Source: Sphagnum compactum (Eukaryota). Taken from it: 64,000 nucleotides of DNA. Below the pieces are notes generated by a model. The model saw only the letters and a program-made list of their open reading frames with translations, ran no database searches and had not been told where the DNA came from. Both the position numbers and the translations under genes were made by a program. Below are positions 1-14,700 of the stretch, one piece after another. The stretch spans positions 11,160,001 to 11,224,000 of the forward strand of contig OZ234494.1 in the NCBI GenBank assembly GCA_965153455.1, written 5' to 3'. Position 1 is the first letter of the stretch. Each line of letters begins with the position of its first letter.

Positions 1-1750
1 ACCATTTCAAAGCAAGTGGGAAAATGGCCAATAAGTAGGTCACACAAGTTTGTTGCAAAGTAGACTAAGAGATTGAACACGAGTGAAAGGAAGGGCAACA
101 CAAAAGGATTCAAAAACGGTAGAAGACAAATGAGGAATACATCGATTAGTTTTTACCAAATCTTTGGCCACCCATCAAGTTGTGAAGAAACATAATAATA
201 ATTCACAAGACATGCACTTCTTCAAAACAACATACAAGAAGCCATGAGTTCCAAGTCTATATGAGAAACTAGGAAGGGCAAGTTTGTGAGATTGGTTTAC
301 ACCTTAAAGTGATTTGAAATCAAATGACATCTCAAGTGCATAGCAACTTGAGATTGCAATTTAAAAAATAAACAAAATATGTTGGTACTTGAGTAGTACC
401 CAATGCTTCAAGATACCTTGGTTATTATGTTACAAGAAATGAGAAGGGGGGTTAATCACTTGCTACCTCAACAAATAACCCATTGTGCATGGGAAGGTAA
501 AGTCTTTTGCTCTTGAAATCATTCATGATGCACATGGAGGTTTCAAGGTCACAAGAAAATGGATTCGTCAATTCTTAAGACAATATATGAATTGGACTTT
601 CAAAATGATAACAACTGCAATAAGTATACTTCTTGTTTATTAGAAAGAACAAAGGCAAGACATAAGTTTCAAAGTTACTTACCTTTTCATGTAACTTCAA
701 TGAGAAAACAAGGGTACAAAACATACCAGAGTTTTAGGGCTAAAAGATAAATGACAAGTGACATTTTTCCTTTTATCATTTGCAAATTGGTTATTGCTCC
801 TTCTTCGAGTCATATTTACACATACCACACATAGAATAATACTGCTTGCAGACAATGAAAAAAAATTCATCTGTAGCAATAGTGGATGGGATCTCATTTT
901 AATGAGAATCATTGGTTAACTTTGGAGATTGGTACAAAAAAACTTGTTCAAAAATCTTGTTGCTATATTTGTATCCATAGATCAAATAATTGGCTTTACC
1001 AAAATATCATAAAATGATTTGGTTATTGGATTGTTGGTCAATACACAAGAGCAAGGAGCTTTTTAATTCAATGAAGGAAGATCACCTTCAACATTTTGAT
1101 CATTTTAAATGAATTACAACCTATCAAGGTGATTTTCCAAAAATCACTAAAACATGTTTTTAAAGTTCAATTGGGTGCAAATGGGATAAGAAGAACCATT
1201 AGCAATGTTTAAACAATTCTTGAATTTAGTTTTGATTGTGTTGAACAAACTACTTAAACAATGTTTATTTATTTATTTAAAATTGTTTCAGATTTTTAAA
1301 ATATAATTTATGATCATTGCATTACTTTCAAACTTATCCAAATGCTAGAGTAATATATAAAGGTGTGTCACAAATAAAACTACATTCTCAACATTAATTT
1401 AATGTGAAACACCCTTTTTAATATATTAATTTATGGACTAGTTATCAAAAGATTGGTTCTTTTGTTCATGTTTACATCCAATTCAATACATGGATAGTAG
1501 TAATTATGAAAGAATGGATGGACAATGGACAAGAACCTTGTATTGACTTAAAGATGAATAACTTCAAACCCAAAGTGTATACATGGTTGCATGTTGCATG
1601 GATGAAGATTAAGGATATGATGAGCATGATTGTGAAGGGATGGGACAAGACATGATTCACAAGAACATTCAAACTTGATTTTTAACTTGATGCATTGGAG
1701 GCTAATGCTGTTACACCATTGTTCACAATTATTAAAACATTGAGGAGCAA
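1..1750 (+). mobile_element. Decayed pogo/Tigger-like (DDE_1, Tc1/mariner superfamily) transposase remnant
   Basis: Broken-frame peptides: NENHWLTLE (about 901-927), KMIWLLDCWSIH (1011-1046), NELQPIKVIFQKSLKH (1108-1155) and WLHVAWMKIKDMMSMIVKGWDKT (1584-1652). They match the order of DDE_1 motifs (W, LLDxxSxH, LQPxD, W..AW...I..GW). There are many stops, and the boundaries are approximate. Confidence 0.7.
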
Positions 1751-4700
1751 ATGGAAGAAGATTTGGATGATGACCCTACATTGTTAATATCAACAATTAT
1801 GGAAGAGTGTGCGCAGGAAAATTTTGTTTTAGTTTAGTCATCAACTATACATGTATGAACACATCAAAAATCTAAAATGAAAAAGTTAGTTAAGAAAAAA
1901 ATGTGAAAAAAGGCTAAAGTTACTTATTGTAGCATTTTGTCAAAAACTCCCTAATATGTTTTTACACTAGCCCATAATATTTTCAAACTTTGATGCTCAC
2001 CTCCACACAATTGTTCCATAGGAAAAATAACAAACCTACAATATTATGAACATTTAAACAAAAAAATAGAGAAACCTTTGCATGATTCCCATTTATTATT
2101 GATGTTGTTGTTGTACTACTTCTTTTTGTTAATGTTATTGTTGCTAATCTTGAATTTGATGTAATTGCCATTGTTTCAAAATACAACCTCTTGATCATAA
2201 TCACTATAATCATCAAGGAAGTGGTTTTTGTTTATTTTTGGGGAAATCAACACATTGTTGCTTTTGTTGAACTTGAAAAATCTAAGATTTTTTATCAAAC
2301 ATGTTTTTTTGTTATTAAGGTTATTCTTGCAACAAACCCCATGTATAAAAAACAATTAAATAACTAATGTTATACACAAGATTGTACGAAATCACATGTA
2401 AGGTGATCCACAATCAAAAACGAAACTAATGATAAATATTATCTTTATTTTATGACAATTATTTATAACATTAACAAACAATAGTTTATAAGTGTGACAT
2501 GCAATTGCGGAACTTGTTGTTATTGTTATTGTCATTGGTTTGCCACCAATAACAAATGTTGTTGTTGAACATGTTGAATTGGTTGAACATATGTTTATGA
2601 TTGTTGTGATTGGCTTGGTGTTGTAGATGTATGTTGTTGTTGTCATCAATGTTATTTCATGAAAGGAAAAAAACCTTATTTAATTTTTAAATATATTATA
2701 ATCACATGCACACAAAGATGGAAGAGGAAACTTTCAAATGAAACCACAAGCTTGTAGGGAAATAATAGTCCAAATGACACTGGAAATCATCTTGGTTGAT
2801 AAAAAAAAACTCCATGTCTTTGTCTTTAAGAACATAAATCATCCAAAAAACCAAAAAAAGATTTTGGTCAATTCACAAAATTACCAAATATGTTAGTAAT
2901 ATTTTTTTATGAAAAAACTTCCTAACTTAATGAAAGATGAATCAAGTAAAACTTCATAAATTATTTTTTATAATCTATCAAAGAAATTTTTTGTTAAAGA
3001 TAAAAATAATAATTTAATTAAAAAATAAAATTGTTGCAAAGTAAGAAAAAGAAAAGATGCAACAAAATTTCCAACAAAAAAGAAGAAAAATTCAAGATAT
3101 ATGCATCATTTTTGCTTATTTCTTTTGTAACGAAGGCTTTTTGCTTTACTTTGTTTCATCAATTTGAAAAAGGTTGGAACTTCACATAGCCCCATCCCAC
3201 AAAACCACAAATAAAAATTCAATGGGAACATGAAAAATGTTAGGTTTTTTTAGCCCCAAGCCATATCATGATTGTTGTCATAGAATTCATGAATCGAACA
3301 AGGATCCACACAAATTTTCATGTACCTTTTTACACCAAGTTAACCCTCCATTTTGGGTATACAAATAAATTTATCCTATTGCAATTAGGGGTGTCACTTG
3401 TTCTATTCAATATTTGAAAATTTTGGTAGCACTTAGTCGATTCCCAAAATGGGCACATGTTAATCCTCATTGTATATATATATATACAAACACACATATA
3501 ACAAGGATACGTAAGGTTTATCTCTTTGACATGATATGTTCATGTTGGATATGCCATAGTTGGTGTCATCAAAAGCTTTGGGAATCTAAAATGATTATAT
3601 CATATTTTCGTAGATGATATATAGGTAACTAGATAAAAGAAAAAATTAATATAGTTAACTTCCTTGATTATATTCAAAAGAAATAAATTGATAAAAAAAG
3701 AAATAATTCCTCTCTATTATTTTTTCTACCTCTTTCTCCTTTTGTTTTATATATGCAAGGAGCATGTTGAGGATTCTAGAATGATTTCAACCTAAGAAGA
3801 CCATGTAGAGAGAGTGCATTTTGTTGACCTTAGGTACTTTGTGCCCATTATCAAAATGACATAATTTTTTGGTGCTTGTTAACCAAAGTTTGGAAAAGTA
3901 AACTTTGGTCGAAGGTGTTGAACTATTCATGTGAAAAAAAAATAAAAAAAAAGAAATCAGCATTTTAGTGCCAAAATTAAGGTCTATATATGATACGGAG
4001 ATTTAAAAAACTTACATACCATTATTTCTTTATTTTGAAGCATAACTAGTTTTGTTGGATATATATCTCTTTGTATTCAAGAGATTCATTGAAAAATGTG
4101 ATTTTAACATTCATTTGCTACATGTCTATAGTTGGAATAGTTGGTTACAATTATAACAACTATTTGAATACCTAGAATACATTCATGTAATAAGGGAAAT
4201 GCATAATAGAAATCATACTTTTAACTTGTGAAAATTAGCTTTTTGTCACCAAATGGACCTTAAGCTTTGTCATAAGACTAGTTGCAATATCCTTAATATT
4301 GAATATATATTTGTAATTCATTGGCTTGTGAATTGGTGGAAGAGATGTGAACATTGATACTTTTTTTAATGGTAATTTCATGAAATATTGACTTTCAACA
4401 AACTATCATGTTGCAAATTCCATGCTCAAAAGAAACATGCCAAATTTGAAGAAAAATGTTCTTGGGGAAACCTTTTTAAGTTTTAAGGTACCTTCTCGTC
4501 AATTTGATTTAGTTGTGACAATTTTCCAATTTTTATTCTAATTGATGTTAAATCTTCTTTGGGATAATCATTAACTGTATGGTAACATAAAAAACTTGAA
4601 AAATAAAACAACAACAAGCACATACAGCTACTAACCTTTGAAGGTAAAAAACAAATAACATTCTAAAATGCAATTGCAATCCTTCCTATCATGAACAATG

Positions 4701-5303
4701 AGGCTTGGACACCATGTTGGAAATTGATAAGGAGAAAATGAACGAATAAAGATTTAAAAAAAAAACTTAACGTGAGTTTTCCATTCAATTTTATGATGAC
4801 ACAAAGGACTATGAAAAATTGATGATCTTTGCTTGAGCTTTGCCATACTATTCTTGAAGGTTGCATTCAAGGTATTAATTGTCTCAAGCAACGGTACCTT
4901 CACAAAGCATATGGAGTTAAAATATCCCAATTCAAAAAAATCACATAATTGACTAAAATATCCCATATTTTCAAAGTAAAAAAATGTTTAAAAATCTTGG
5001 ATACAAAAATAAGTGAGATATTGTTAATCCTTGATAGTCAAAAGCCCATTGAAAATGTTGATTTTAATAAATGAAAACCCTATTCCATATATAAATGCTT
5101 ATGTATATGTGAAAATATAATTAAAATATCTCACAATTTCCAAGAATTGAAAGCATGTTCAAAATCTTCGACTCAAAAATAACTTGGTGAGAAGTTGATT
5201 AATCCAAACACTCAAAAGGGGGGTGGTGAAATCATAGATTTAATACGTGAAAATACTATTCCATATACGAGTACACATGCATAACATGATATATTATAAT
5301 ATA

Positions 5304-6076
5304 TCTATGGAGCAAGTTAGTTAGTTTTGTTTTGCAACTATGAAATCCACCAAATTGGGGGGCTTCAAATTGTGTTCTTGGTATCTTTGGAAAGCTCTTG
5401 ACAAGGAGGAGTGCATCGGCTTGGTTCACAACATTTGGACTTGTAGTGTAAAAGTTCTTCAATATTGAATAAAACTTTCATTGAAAATTATATTAAATCA
5501 TAACTAAAACTTTTAGAAGAATTGGGATGTGCTTTTTGGTGTTGTTGGGAAAATCTCGAGGAGTAGGATTTAATGGAATATATTTCATAATATTTGGATT
5601 TTAAATGGGGAAGATTTTGAATTTTAAGTTATTTTTGTCATTAAAAACTCAAATAAATCACAAAAACCAGGTTTTGGAAAGAAAAATCAGTTGAAAATGT
5701 GATCGCGCTTGAAGGTCTACCATTCCGATCAAGTATGAGGAATTTGGATGTGCCTTTGGTATTGTTGGAAAGATTTCAATGAGTAGGATTTAATGGAATT
5801 GATTTTGTAGGTTTTGGAATTAGGATGTGCGAGATATCAAATTTGAAATAACTTTTTTTCAGTGTAAAATCAAATAAATTACAAAAAACCAGGTTTTGAA
5901 AGGAAAAATCAGTTGAGAATGTGGTCACACTTGCATGTCGTATTGAACTCTCAAAAACTAAATATAGGGTTTAGGGTTTAAATTAATCTTAAACCATACA
6001 AAACAATTTTCATATGTTGAGTTTTCCCTATTTTGAAATGGGTTCACACTCGGGCCAAGGACACAAACCACACTAG
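5304..6076 (+). mobile_element. Non-autonomous Helitron-like element with an internal ~220-bp tandem duplication
   Basis: Starts TC after an A (atata|TCTATGG), ends CTAG before a T (cacaCTAG|T), with no TSD. Two diverged internal units lie at about 5520-5730 and 5740-5935. The 3' hairpin is not clearly preserved. Confidence 0.55.
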
Positions 6077-7689
6077 TGTATATTAAAATACAATACCCCT
6101 TCCCCTAAGATACCTTCCTCTAAAGGTAGCCTTTATTTGGGTGAAAAATCACCCAAATATGACATTTTTTTTTGAAAAGGGAATATATTATCACAAATTC
6201 CCTTTTTTTAAAAAAAATCACCAAATTGTGATAGAATATACATATTTTCAGGGAAGGTGGTGCCACATGCATGTGTACACATTTAAGAGTTTTCTAGAAA
6301 ATACTCACTAATTAAGTTGAAATCTACTTATGAATGCTTGCCACTTTGATTCCATTAAGGAATTGAAAAAAAAAACATTGATGAACGGTTTGACATTGAA
6401 TAATTATCAAAAGGAAAAATTTGAAAAGAAAATTTAGAAATAGTTTTTTTCGCTGAAAAATGTCAAAATCAAACTCTTAAGAACTTGCAAAGGAATGGCT
6501 GGCCCAACATTAAATTACCATTGTTTATTATAGAAGAATTGTGAATTTTGTGAAATTATTCTTGAATGTCAAAAGTTTGAAATATTAAAATGGGGATGTC
6601 AAACCCCTGTTGTTAAAAATTTCAATAGAAATCCCCAATTGTGAATGGTGGATATGATATATAAAATAAAATAGAATAATATTTCATAGTTCCACAACAA
6701 TAAAAGCTTGCCAAATATTTTGGATGTAAAAGTAACTTGGTATGAAAATGTTCATTATATAGCAATCAAAAGGGATGATGAAAACATAAATTTAATATCA
6801 TATGGGATCATCAATTTTAAGGGACAAGTATGGATAATATAATCATACCTGCTTCTATGGTTCAATTTTAAATAATTCCCAAAAGGAAAAGCTGGAAAAA
6901 AGAAAATTTACACATAGTTATGTTGAAAAATAACAAAATTGAACTCTGGTAATTAATTCTTAATTAGATTGAGGGATAGATATCCATGAGTTATCAACCT
7001 GGGTATATACCACTTACTCATCAGTTTTCAACATATTCGAAGAACTGGTTTTGGTATATAACCGATCTTGAAAAAATATGAAAAATTAGAGAACTGGCTA
7101 GAAAATTGTTTGCTCTTTCATGTGTACCTTGTGAAATTATTATAGAATGTCAAAATTCTGAAATATTCAAATTGGGATGTTGGACCCCCTTTTGTCGAAA
7201 CAATTAAATATTTCCAACAAAAACCACTAATTGTGAGTGACGGGTACGATATGTAAAATCCAATAAAAGAATATCTCATAGTTCGAAAGCTAATAAAAAA
7301 ATTATTCAAATATTTCTCCCTAGGGGTTAGTTTCATCATTAAATAATCTTTAAAAATAGTGAAACTAAATTTTCATGAAAAAAAAGAGAATCCAAGGTAT
7401 TGAAAACCATCATAATTATCACATGCTACAAATTGGAATAAATTTCACTCCTCATATCACAATTATCATAGTAGATCATGAAAAAACAACAAATTTTAAA
7501 TTTATAAAAACGAATTAATTTTAAAAAAAAAAGTTATTGGTGTTGTCCATGTGGATATATACTCACCCCAGGCTACGGTAGGTACTTAGTTGCCTTGGAT
7601 GCAAAAGTAACGTGGGAATAAGAAGAAGCGGTTGATTGTCCAGCAGTCAAAAGGGGGTGATGAAAAAATGTACATGTAAATAGGTAACT

Positions 7690-8379
7690 CAGCATCTCCA
7701 CCAGTGCTCAGTATGTGACCCTGCAACAAATATTTCTCACATCCAAGTTTTAGATACCAGTTATTACTCAGTTGTGGATGAACCTCAACTGAGTTTATAT
7801 TTGGTTTCGCCTTGGTAACCAATTCTGTAGGAAATAATAGGTCTCATATATAGTAGGCACATAGGTAGGAAAATAGGTAACTAGTAGTTAAGTAGATGGT
7901 TTATACATAGGTAAGGGGCTGGTTTCACTACCTGCCTACTAATAACCTGTTTGTGGGTTGTTATAGTAGGTAGGTAGTGAAAAAAAAGCTAGCAACTGAG
8001 CTAACCACCATGGTTAGCTAGGGAACTGAAACCCAACAGAAAACTGTTTCATGACCACTTACCATTCATCCTTCATGGTGCACTGGTGGGTGCTGGTTCA
8101 CAGTAGTGGCTGGAGATTATTACCTAATAATAGCAACCCACTTGGAACAATCAAACTATTTACCCAATCGGAAACAGGGAGCAGCAGTTTGTAAATACAA
8201 TTTGACTGTGAATTTATTAGTCTCTTCCCAAGATCCGCCACGGGCCCCTGAAAAAGCTGTGCATTTTTTTAGGGGTCCCAGAACAGTTCGAGTCAATTGA
8301 CTTGATAATTGGACTATGATGAACCTCATCCACGATTTCTTTATGCAGGGCCACATACTGAGCGTTGGTGGAGATGCTC
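7690..8379. mobile_element. PIF/Harbinger (Tourist-like) MITE carrying a nested repeat
   Basis: Left end cAGCATCTCCACCAgtGCTCAGTATGTGaCCCTGCA is the inverted match of right end TGCAGGGcCACATACTGAGCgtTGGTGGAGATGCTC, which is followed by TTA. The same terminus occurs at about 46201 and 54867. Confidence 0.75.
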
Positions 8380-8469
8380 TTAGTAGATGGGAAAGACAAT
8401 TCCATATACGGATGAGTATGTACGTATAAAAATACGAAAAATGGAAATACATACACGTTGAGGACGATC

Positions 8470-8471
<2 letters not shown>

Positions 8472-8523
<52 letters not shown>

Positions 8524-8530
8524 AGAGAGA
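8472..8530. repeat. (GA)n microsatellite in the AP1G promoter/5' region
   Basis: A run of gagaga... about 250-300 bp upstream of the AP1G ATG, inside a locally CpG-retaining stretch. Confidence 0.85.
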
Positions 8531-8779
8531 GCCATTATTGAATGCGACTAAGAAGGCGAAGTGCGCGAAGCTCCTTGTTGTTGTTGTTGTTGGTGGTGAA
8601 TCTGTGAAATGCCGCGGCATTGTATTCATCATTGTTATCGGCAGATCTCTGATCTTTCATGGTTGTGAGTGCTGAAGCAAACGGCAAGGACGCAGCCGCA
8701 CTTTGTAGATAGAGAGATCAGGCGAGAGAGCTGCAGCAGATCGTGTGGAAGGAGCCAAACGCTTTCGTGTTAGGTCATC

Positions 8780-11700
8780 ATGGGGACCAGATTGAGGTAA
8801 GAGATTTTTATTTTTGTTCGTGTTTTTTGTTGGCAATTTGGAACCTTGTTTTGGATTCTAGTCTGTTAGTACTGTTGTTGTTGCCTGCTTCACACCGTCT
8901 TGTTTTGGGTGATTTTTGTGGTTTCGTCTCTGTCGATAGCTTTTTTTCTTTCCGTCTATATTATTGTTATGTCAGGTTTGTTGGCTTGTAAAGGGAAAGT
9001 GAAGATAGCGAACAGGGAGCTTGTGTAGCTGCTGTTTGCTACTCGTATCTGTTGCATTAGAGAGGAGAAATAAAATTATGTATTTAAGAAAACAGATGTG
9101 TTTCTGGTTTTGAAGATCTGGCAGGATTTAGCGTGGGTTTGTTTCTTGGATGGGGGTGGGGGAGTGGGAAGTGTGATTCAGCTGGAGTAGAGATTATATT
9201 TGGCAGACAGTTTTGGAAACCCTAAAATTTTGTGACAAAGAGAGTGAGGATTTTGCAGGGATCTATGTGTCCGATTTTATCTGACATGTGTAGTGTGTTG
9301 GAGGAATGTGTGGTTTGTCTGTCATGGTGCTTGAATTTGAGTTGTTTTCTTGCAGAGACATGATCCGGTCAATCAGGGCTTGTAAAACAGCGGCAGATGA
9401 GAGGGCAGTAGTGGCAAAAGAGTGTGCAACCCTGCGGAATGCATTCAAGGACAATGATCAGGACTTCAGGCATCGCAATGTGGCCAAGCTTATGTTCATT
9501 CATATGCTGGGCTATCCCACACATTTTGGCCAGATGGAGTGCATCAAGCTCATTGCTGCTGGGAGCTTTCCCGAGAAGAGGATTGGATACTTGGGGCTCA
9601 TGCTGCTACTGGATGAGCGCCAGGAGGTGCTGATGCTGGTCACCAATTCTCTCAAGAAGTAAACATTCACAATATCCTGGTGTCAATTTGTCAGTTGAAA
9701 CCAACAAATTAGAAGTCTGCTTGGTTTTTTTGTCAGATCAACATTCAAAGTCAATTGTGGTTGCTTCTGTGTTGAACAAATGTGGTTTCTTGTAAAGGTC
9801 CTCAAAGTACTCTCCTGAAGTTATCTGTGGGGCTCTCCCTTGAATTTTGCTGCAGTGACTTGAACCATTCAAATCAGTTCATTGTTGGGCTAGCACTTTG
9901 TGCACTCGGGAACATCTGCACAGCAGAGATGGCACGGGATCTTGCCCCTGAAGTGGAGAAGCTTTTGCACAACAACAACTCTTACATTCGGAAGAAGGTG
10001 CCTAACCAGTTGGTATTATATTGTGGTTTTCTGGTTTTTGCTGTTGATAAATTGGAAGTCTGGAGAAACACTTTGAGGTGAATATGTGTATTTCCATACA
10101 AGTCTAATCAGCAGAGTCTGGATTTATATGGTATTGTAGGCTGCCTTGTGCTCACTGCGTATTGTTCGGAAGGTGCCCGAGCTCATCGATTATGTGATGG
10201 TTCCAGCTACAGCACTCCTTACAGACAAGCATCATGGGGTTCTTATTTCTGGAGTGAAACTTTGCACAGAGCTATGTGAAGGCAGTGAAGTTGCACTTCA
10301 ACATTTCAGAAAGGTGTGTATGGCAGTCCTTTTGGGAATGAATGGATGAAATGACCAGGCTCCAAAAGTCTAGAGAACAATCTTGTTGGTCCAGACAAAG
10401 AATTCTTGTCTTCAACAAGAACAATTGATCGGCTTGTGGTCCTCAATATCCTGTAAGTAGGGTTCAAGATTCCATCACTACAATTTTGCCAGCATATGAA
10501 GCATTCAGTGAAGTGACCAGTTCACTTTGCCAATATTTATCCAAGAAATTTATTCATGGGATTAAAGAGATCCATCTTCTAGGGTTTCCTGTCACGGGTA
10601 AATTCACAAATGAGGATGTTTATTTTTTGGCAATAAGTAAGCACGATTGCTTGCAGTAAGTTGGTTTTGTTAGTAAGATGTCATGCTTTCCTCTTTCCAG
10701 GCATTTGTCTTGCTTTTGCCTGTTTGAGTAATGATTCATCCATCATGTTTTGTGACAATACTTATAGGGCTTGTCTTGAACACTTCTTTGGTGGATGCAG
10801 CATGTGATTTCGCTGATTCGGGTATTGAAGAACTTGGTTGTGAGTGGCTATGCCCCAGAGTATGATGTGAATGGTATCACCGACCCCTTTTTGCAAATCA
10901 GGCTTCTTAGACTGCTTAGCCTTCTAGGCAAGGGTGATTCAGAAACAAGTGATAATATGAGTGATATCCTCGCCCAGGTATAATCCTAGTGCCTTTCCTG
11001 TAATTGGTTGATATGTGATTCATACATGTTTGCTTGGGCAACAATATTGGAATTTCTTATGTTGTGACTCATGTGCAGCTTAGGCCTTTCAGTTGCATTA
11101 CTTCTTTTCTGGGACTAGAAAATTACAAGTAGCTCTATTTCTCTACCATTGTGGATCACGATTGCCCATTATTTCTGGGGCAGGTTGCAACAAACACAGA
11201 GGGGAGCAAGAATGCTGGCAATGCTATTTTGTACGAGTGTGTAAAGACAATCATGTCTATAGAGGCCATTGGGGGCCTTCGGGTACTTGCCATTAACATT
11301 CTAGGCCGCTTCTTGGCAAATCGTGACAATAATATCAGGTAGGTTAGACCATCTCCTGGTGCAGTTAACATGAGAAGTACATACACTGCTGAATTCTTGA
11401 CTGAACATGTGCCTGTAATGCTTGCAACACAAAAAGGTCAACTCTGCTTGCAGTAGTCCTCCAATCAAGCATCCTGTCTCCTGGTTGAATTCGAGACAAC
11501 GGTAGAGGAAGGAAGATGCTTCATGTTAACATGGTCAGGCTTGTTCTCCGTTGTCTAAGGTAGTCTGCATTCAAAGGTATTTTGAGGGATGGGTCAGTAT
11601 GTGCAAGACATGACCACTGTTTGGTTCATCTAGGGTGCCACTTCTGGTATATGAGCCATCTGAGTAATGTATCAGAGATCTCAGTGTTGAGAGGCAAGGT

Positions 11701-14700
11701 CCAAAAGTTAATTGCGCCTTCACAGGGTCCTCAAATTGCAGCTCCATCAATGTCGTGAACATTTGTTGATTAGAGAAATGTAAGAGACAGTGGAAGACTT
11801 CTCATTGCTTGTTACTTTGGTGACAGATATGTTGCTCTGAACACGCTGGTGAAAGTTGTTTCCATTGATACTCAAGCTGTTCAGCGTCACCGAAGTACTA
11901 TTGTGGAGTGTGTGAAGGTATGAAGCTGTTGCCTCCTCAGCACACTTTACATCTCTGTTTGTCAAACATGCAGATGATATTGCTTGGAAAGCAATACCCC
12001 AAATGCCCTAACAGTTTAAATGTGAACACTTGTAAGAAGGATGACTTTTTTTCCAAATTGCCTTAAACAATTGAAACCCTACAATGTGGTGTCCTTCCAT
12101 TTAATAGCAACATGCATTTGGTGTTTTTCTCTCTTCTCTTCCTGTGACAGTTTGTTATTACAGTCTCTTGCTGTCTGGTCTGAAATCTCTCTAACCTTTA
12201 ATCAGGTCATGTCACAATTCCTATGCAGGCTGACTCAAGTCTAAGTATGGATAGTTCTGAGTGATATGAAATGAAGATGTTTTCTCAGAGTGTCAATATT
12301 TCTTTACAGGATTCAGATATTTCTATACGGCGACGAGCACTGGAGCTCATCTGTGCATTAGTCAATGTAAGCAATGTCAAGCCCTTGACAAAGGAGCTGA
12401 TGGATTATCTGAAAGTGAGCGACCCTGAGTTCAAAGGAGATCTCACAGCCAAAATATCTTCTCTTGTGCAGAAGTAAATGCCTCATCTTTCCACCTCTGC
12501 TTAATCTGCAGTTTGTCCTCAATAAATGCTGTACACTTGCTCTACTGTATTGGTAAATTTTATGGGGTATGAACTTTGGGTGCAACTGGTTTATCCACAA
12601 GGTTTGTATCTAAGTTGGACTATTGATCTAGTCACAAAACCTGAGTTCCGAATCATTTTCAGTTGGGATTCCTTCAGCAGTACTGGCCAGGAATCAGATT
12701 ATTGTGATGAATGCATTTCTCCATGCATTTATTGCCAAAAGTGTAAATATGAACATGTACTGTGTTGCAACCTTATTCCCATGGCTTGCTTGTGGTGTTG
12801 TGGTTCTTCTGCAGATTCTCTCCAAACAAGCAGTGGTACATTGATCAGATGATTCTGCTCATGGTTGAGGTGCATTGACTGCTTCCATCTGCTCTAGAAG
12901 CCATCAATCAATCTGTTCTCGTAATTTTATGTTTGACACATCAGCTATTGTGCAAAGTACAACCTACCAGCCAAAATGCTTGTTGTATGGAAGTCTGACA
13001 TCATAAAGTAAGCTTGCTATTTACCACATTTTCTGATGTCATTGGGTTCAATGGTTATGTGCAGGCTGGGAAATATGTGACTCCTGATGTGACAAGGGCT
13101 TTGGTAGTGGTGATCAGCAATGCATCTGAGCTTCAGGGCTACACAGTGAGGGCATTGTATCGTGTTTTCCAAGCATGGGACGGCCAGGTGCTTCTTCTCA
13201 TCTTGTCAACATTCGTTTTTCCAAAATTGTGTGGTTGTAGTCCTATAGGAAGTCCCCCATCATTTGCAAAGAGCTTGCGCTTATCTATGGGTCCTTGGGT
13301 ATGACTGTTTTTGTGTCAAAAGTCTTTGCCAAGTTTGCTGAACAACCTTTATAGCACATGTCTGAAAGTTGGCTTTGTTTTGTTAAACAGGAAAGTCTGG
13401 GACAAGTTACAGTGTGGTGCATTGGTGAGTATGGTGAAATGTTGGTAGATAATCTGAACAAGGTGGAAGGTCAAGAACCATTGACTGTAAGTTGCTGCTT
13501 TCTGCCTTATCCTTTCCAATTTGGACTGAATGCTCCACACATATGCACAACTGACTTCTTAGGCAGTGATGGAACAATTGCCTCCCAAGTGGTACATGAC
13601 ACAGATAGCAAAACATATTTGGTATTTCATAGAGAACCATGAAGGAGGGTGTAGCAGTTTTCACCACAAATTAACACTATGCACATCAATTCCAATATCC
13701 TTTTCAGAAGACTTTGGAGAAGTCAGACATGTCATAGGAAGACATTGCTCAATTACAACTTTCAGTTTGATGCATCTTTTCTTGTTTTGTTGGGTTGGTG
13801 TCTTCCAGGTCACAGAATCAGATGCAGTTGATGTAGTTGAGACTGTTTTGAAAGACATTCGAGTTTCACCAGACACTGTAGCATTTTCTTTAACAGCACT
13901 CTTGAAACTTTCATCCCGCTTCTCTCATTGTGCAGAGTAAGTTTGCAATGCATGATCTCTCACTGCCTTATTGTTGAATCAGCCCTTTGTGGTTATCTGT
14001 TTCTTTCTGATTTCTTGGGTTGTAATCATGTTTGCAGATCTGTAGGAATTTTCTCTCTAGTACAGGCTTCCATTGTTTATGGTGTTCTTTTTTCTGTACA
14101 TTTACTTCAGAGATTGTGAGACTCATCTGACCTGTTTTGCTGCTGTACCTTCATGGTGAGTTTGGGAGCAGCCGTCTCAAAGGTTTGATATTGGAGTACA
14201 AAGGGAGTGTGGTGCTTGAATTGCAACAGCGTGCTATTGAATTTGGATCTATCCTAAGCAAGCACACCAACATCAAGTACATATCTTCCTGATCTTGAAT
14301 GTCCTGTACCAGTTTGTGGTTCTGTTATTGTGGCCTTAATCCCATCCTTGCTTATAGATAGTATCTGGTCCAGAGCTTAAGGTCATGGGTTGGAATGGTG
14401 ATTTATGTCTCCAGAGCTGCCCTGCTAGAGAGGATGCCTGTGTTAGATGAAGCAACCTACTACTCAGCCAAGCAAGTTGAAGTGGGAGTTGATGCAAATC
14501 AGACTGCCAAATCCGAACCCCATTCCAATGGACATGCGAAGCAACCAAATGGAGTTGCAAAACATTTGGCTCCTGAAACTGCCCTCATAGATCTACTCAG
14601 TTTTCTCCCTGATGAGCAACCATCAGCCCCTCATCAGTCATCTGATGATGCTTTGCTAGGTTCATTGGGTGCCGATGTTGTGACATCTTCTGGTGAGTTC

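Noticed and set aside
7757-8116. Nested repeat as a minus-strand Helitron (TC...hairpin-CTGG in an AT site)
   Set aside because: The copy at 54288 lacks the same terminus, and the reconstructed empty site does not match the other MITE copies cleanly.
8156-8632. 158-aa minus-strand ORF upstream of AP1G
   Set aside because: It runs through the (GA)n and (GTT)n microsatellites and a MITE end, is low complexity, and has no recognisable domain.
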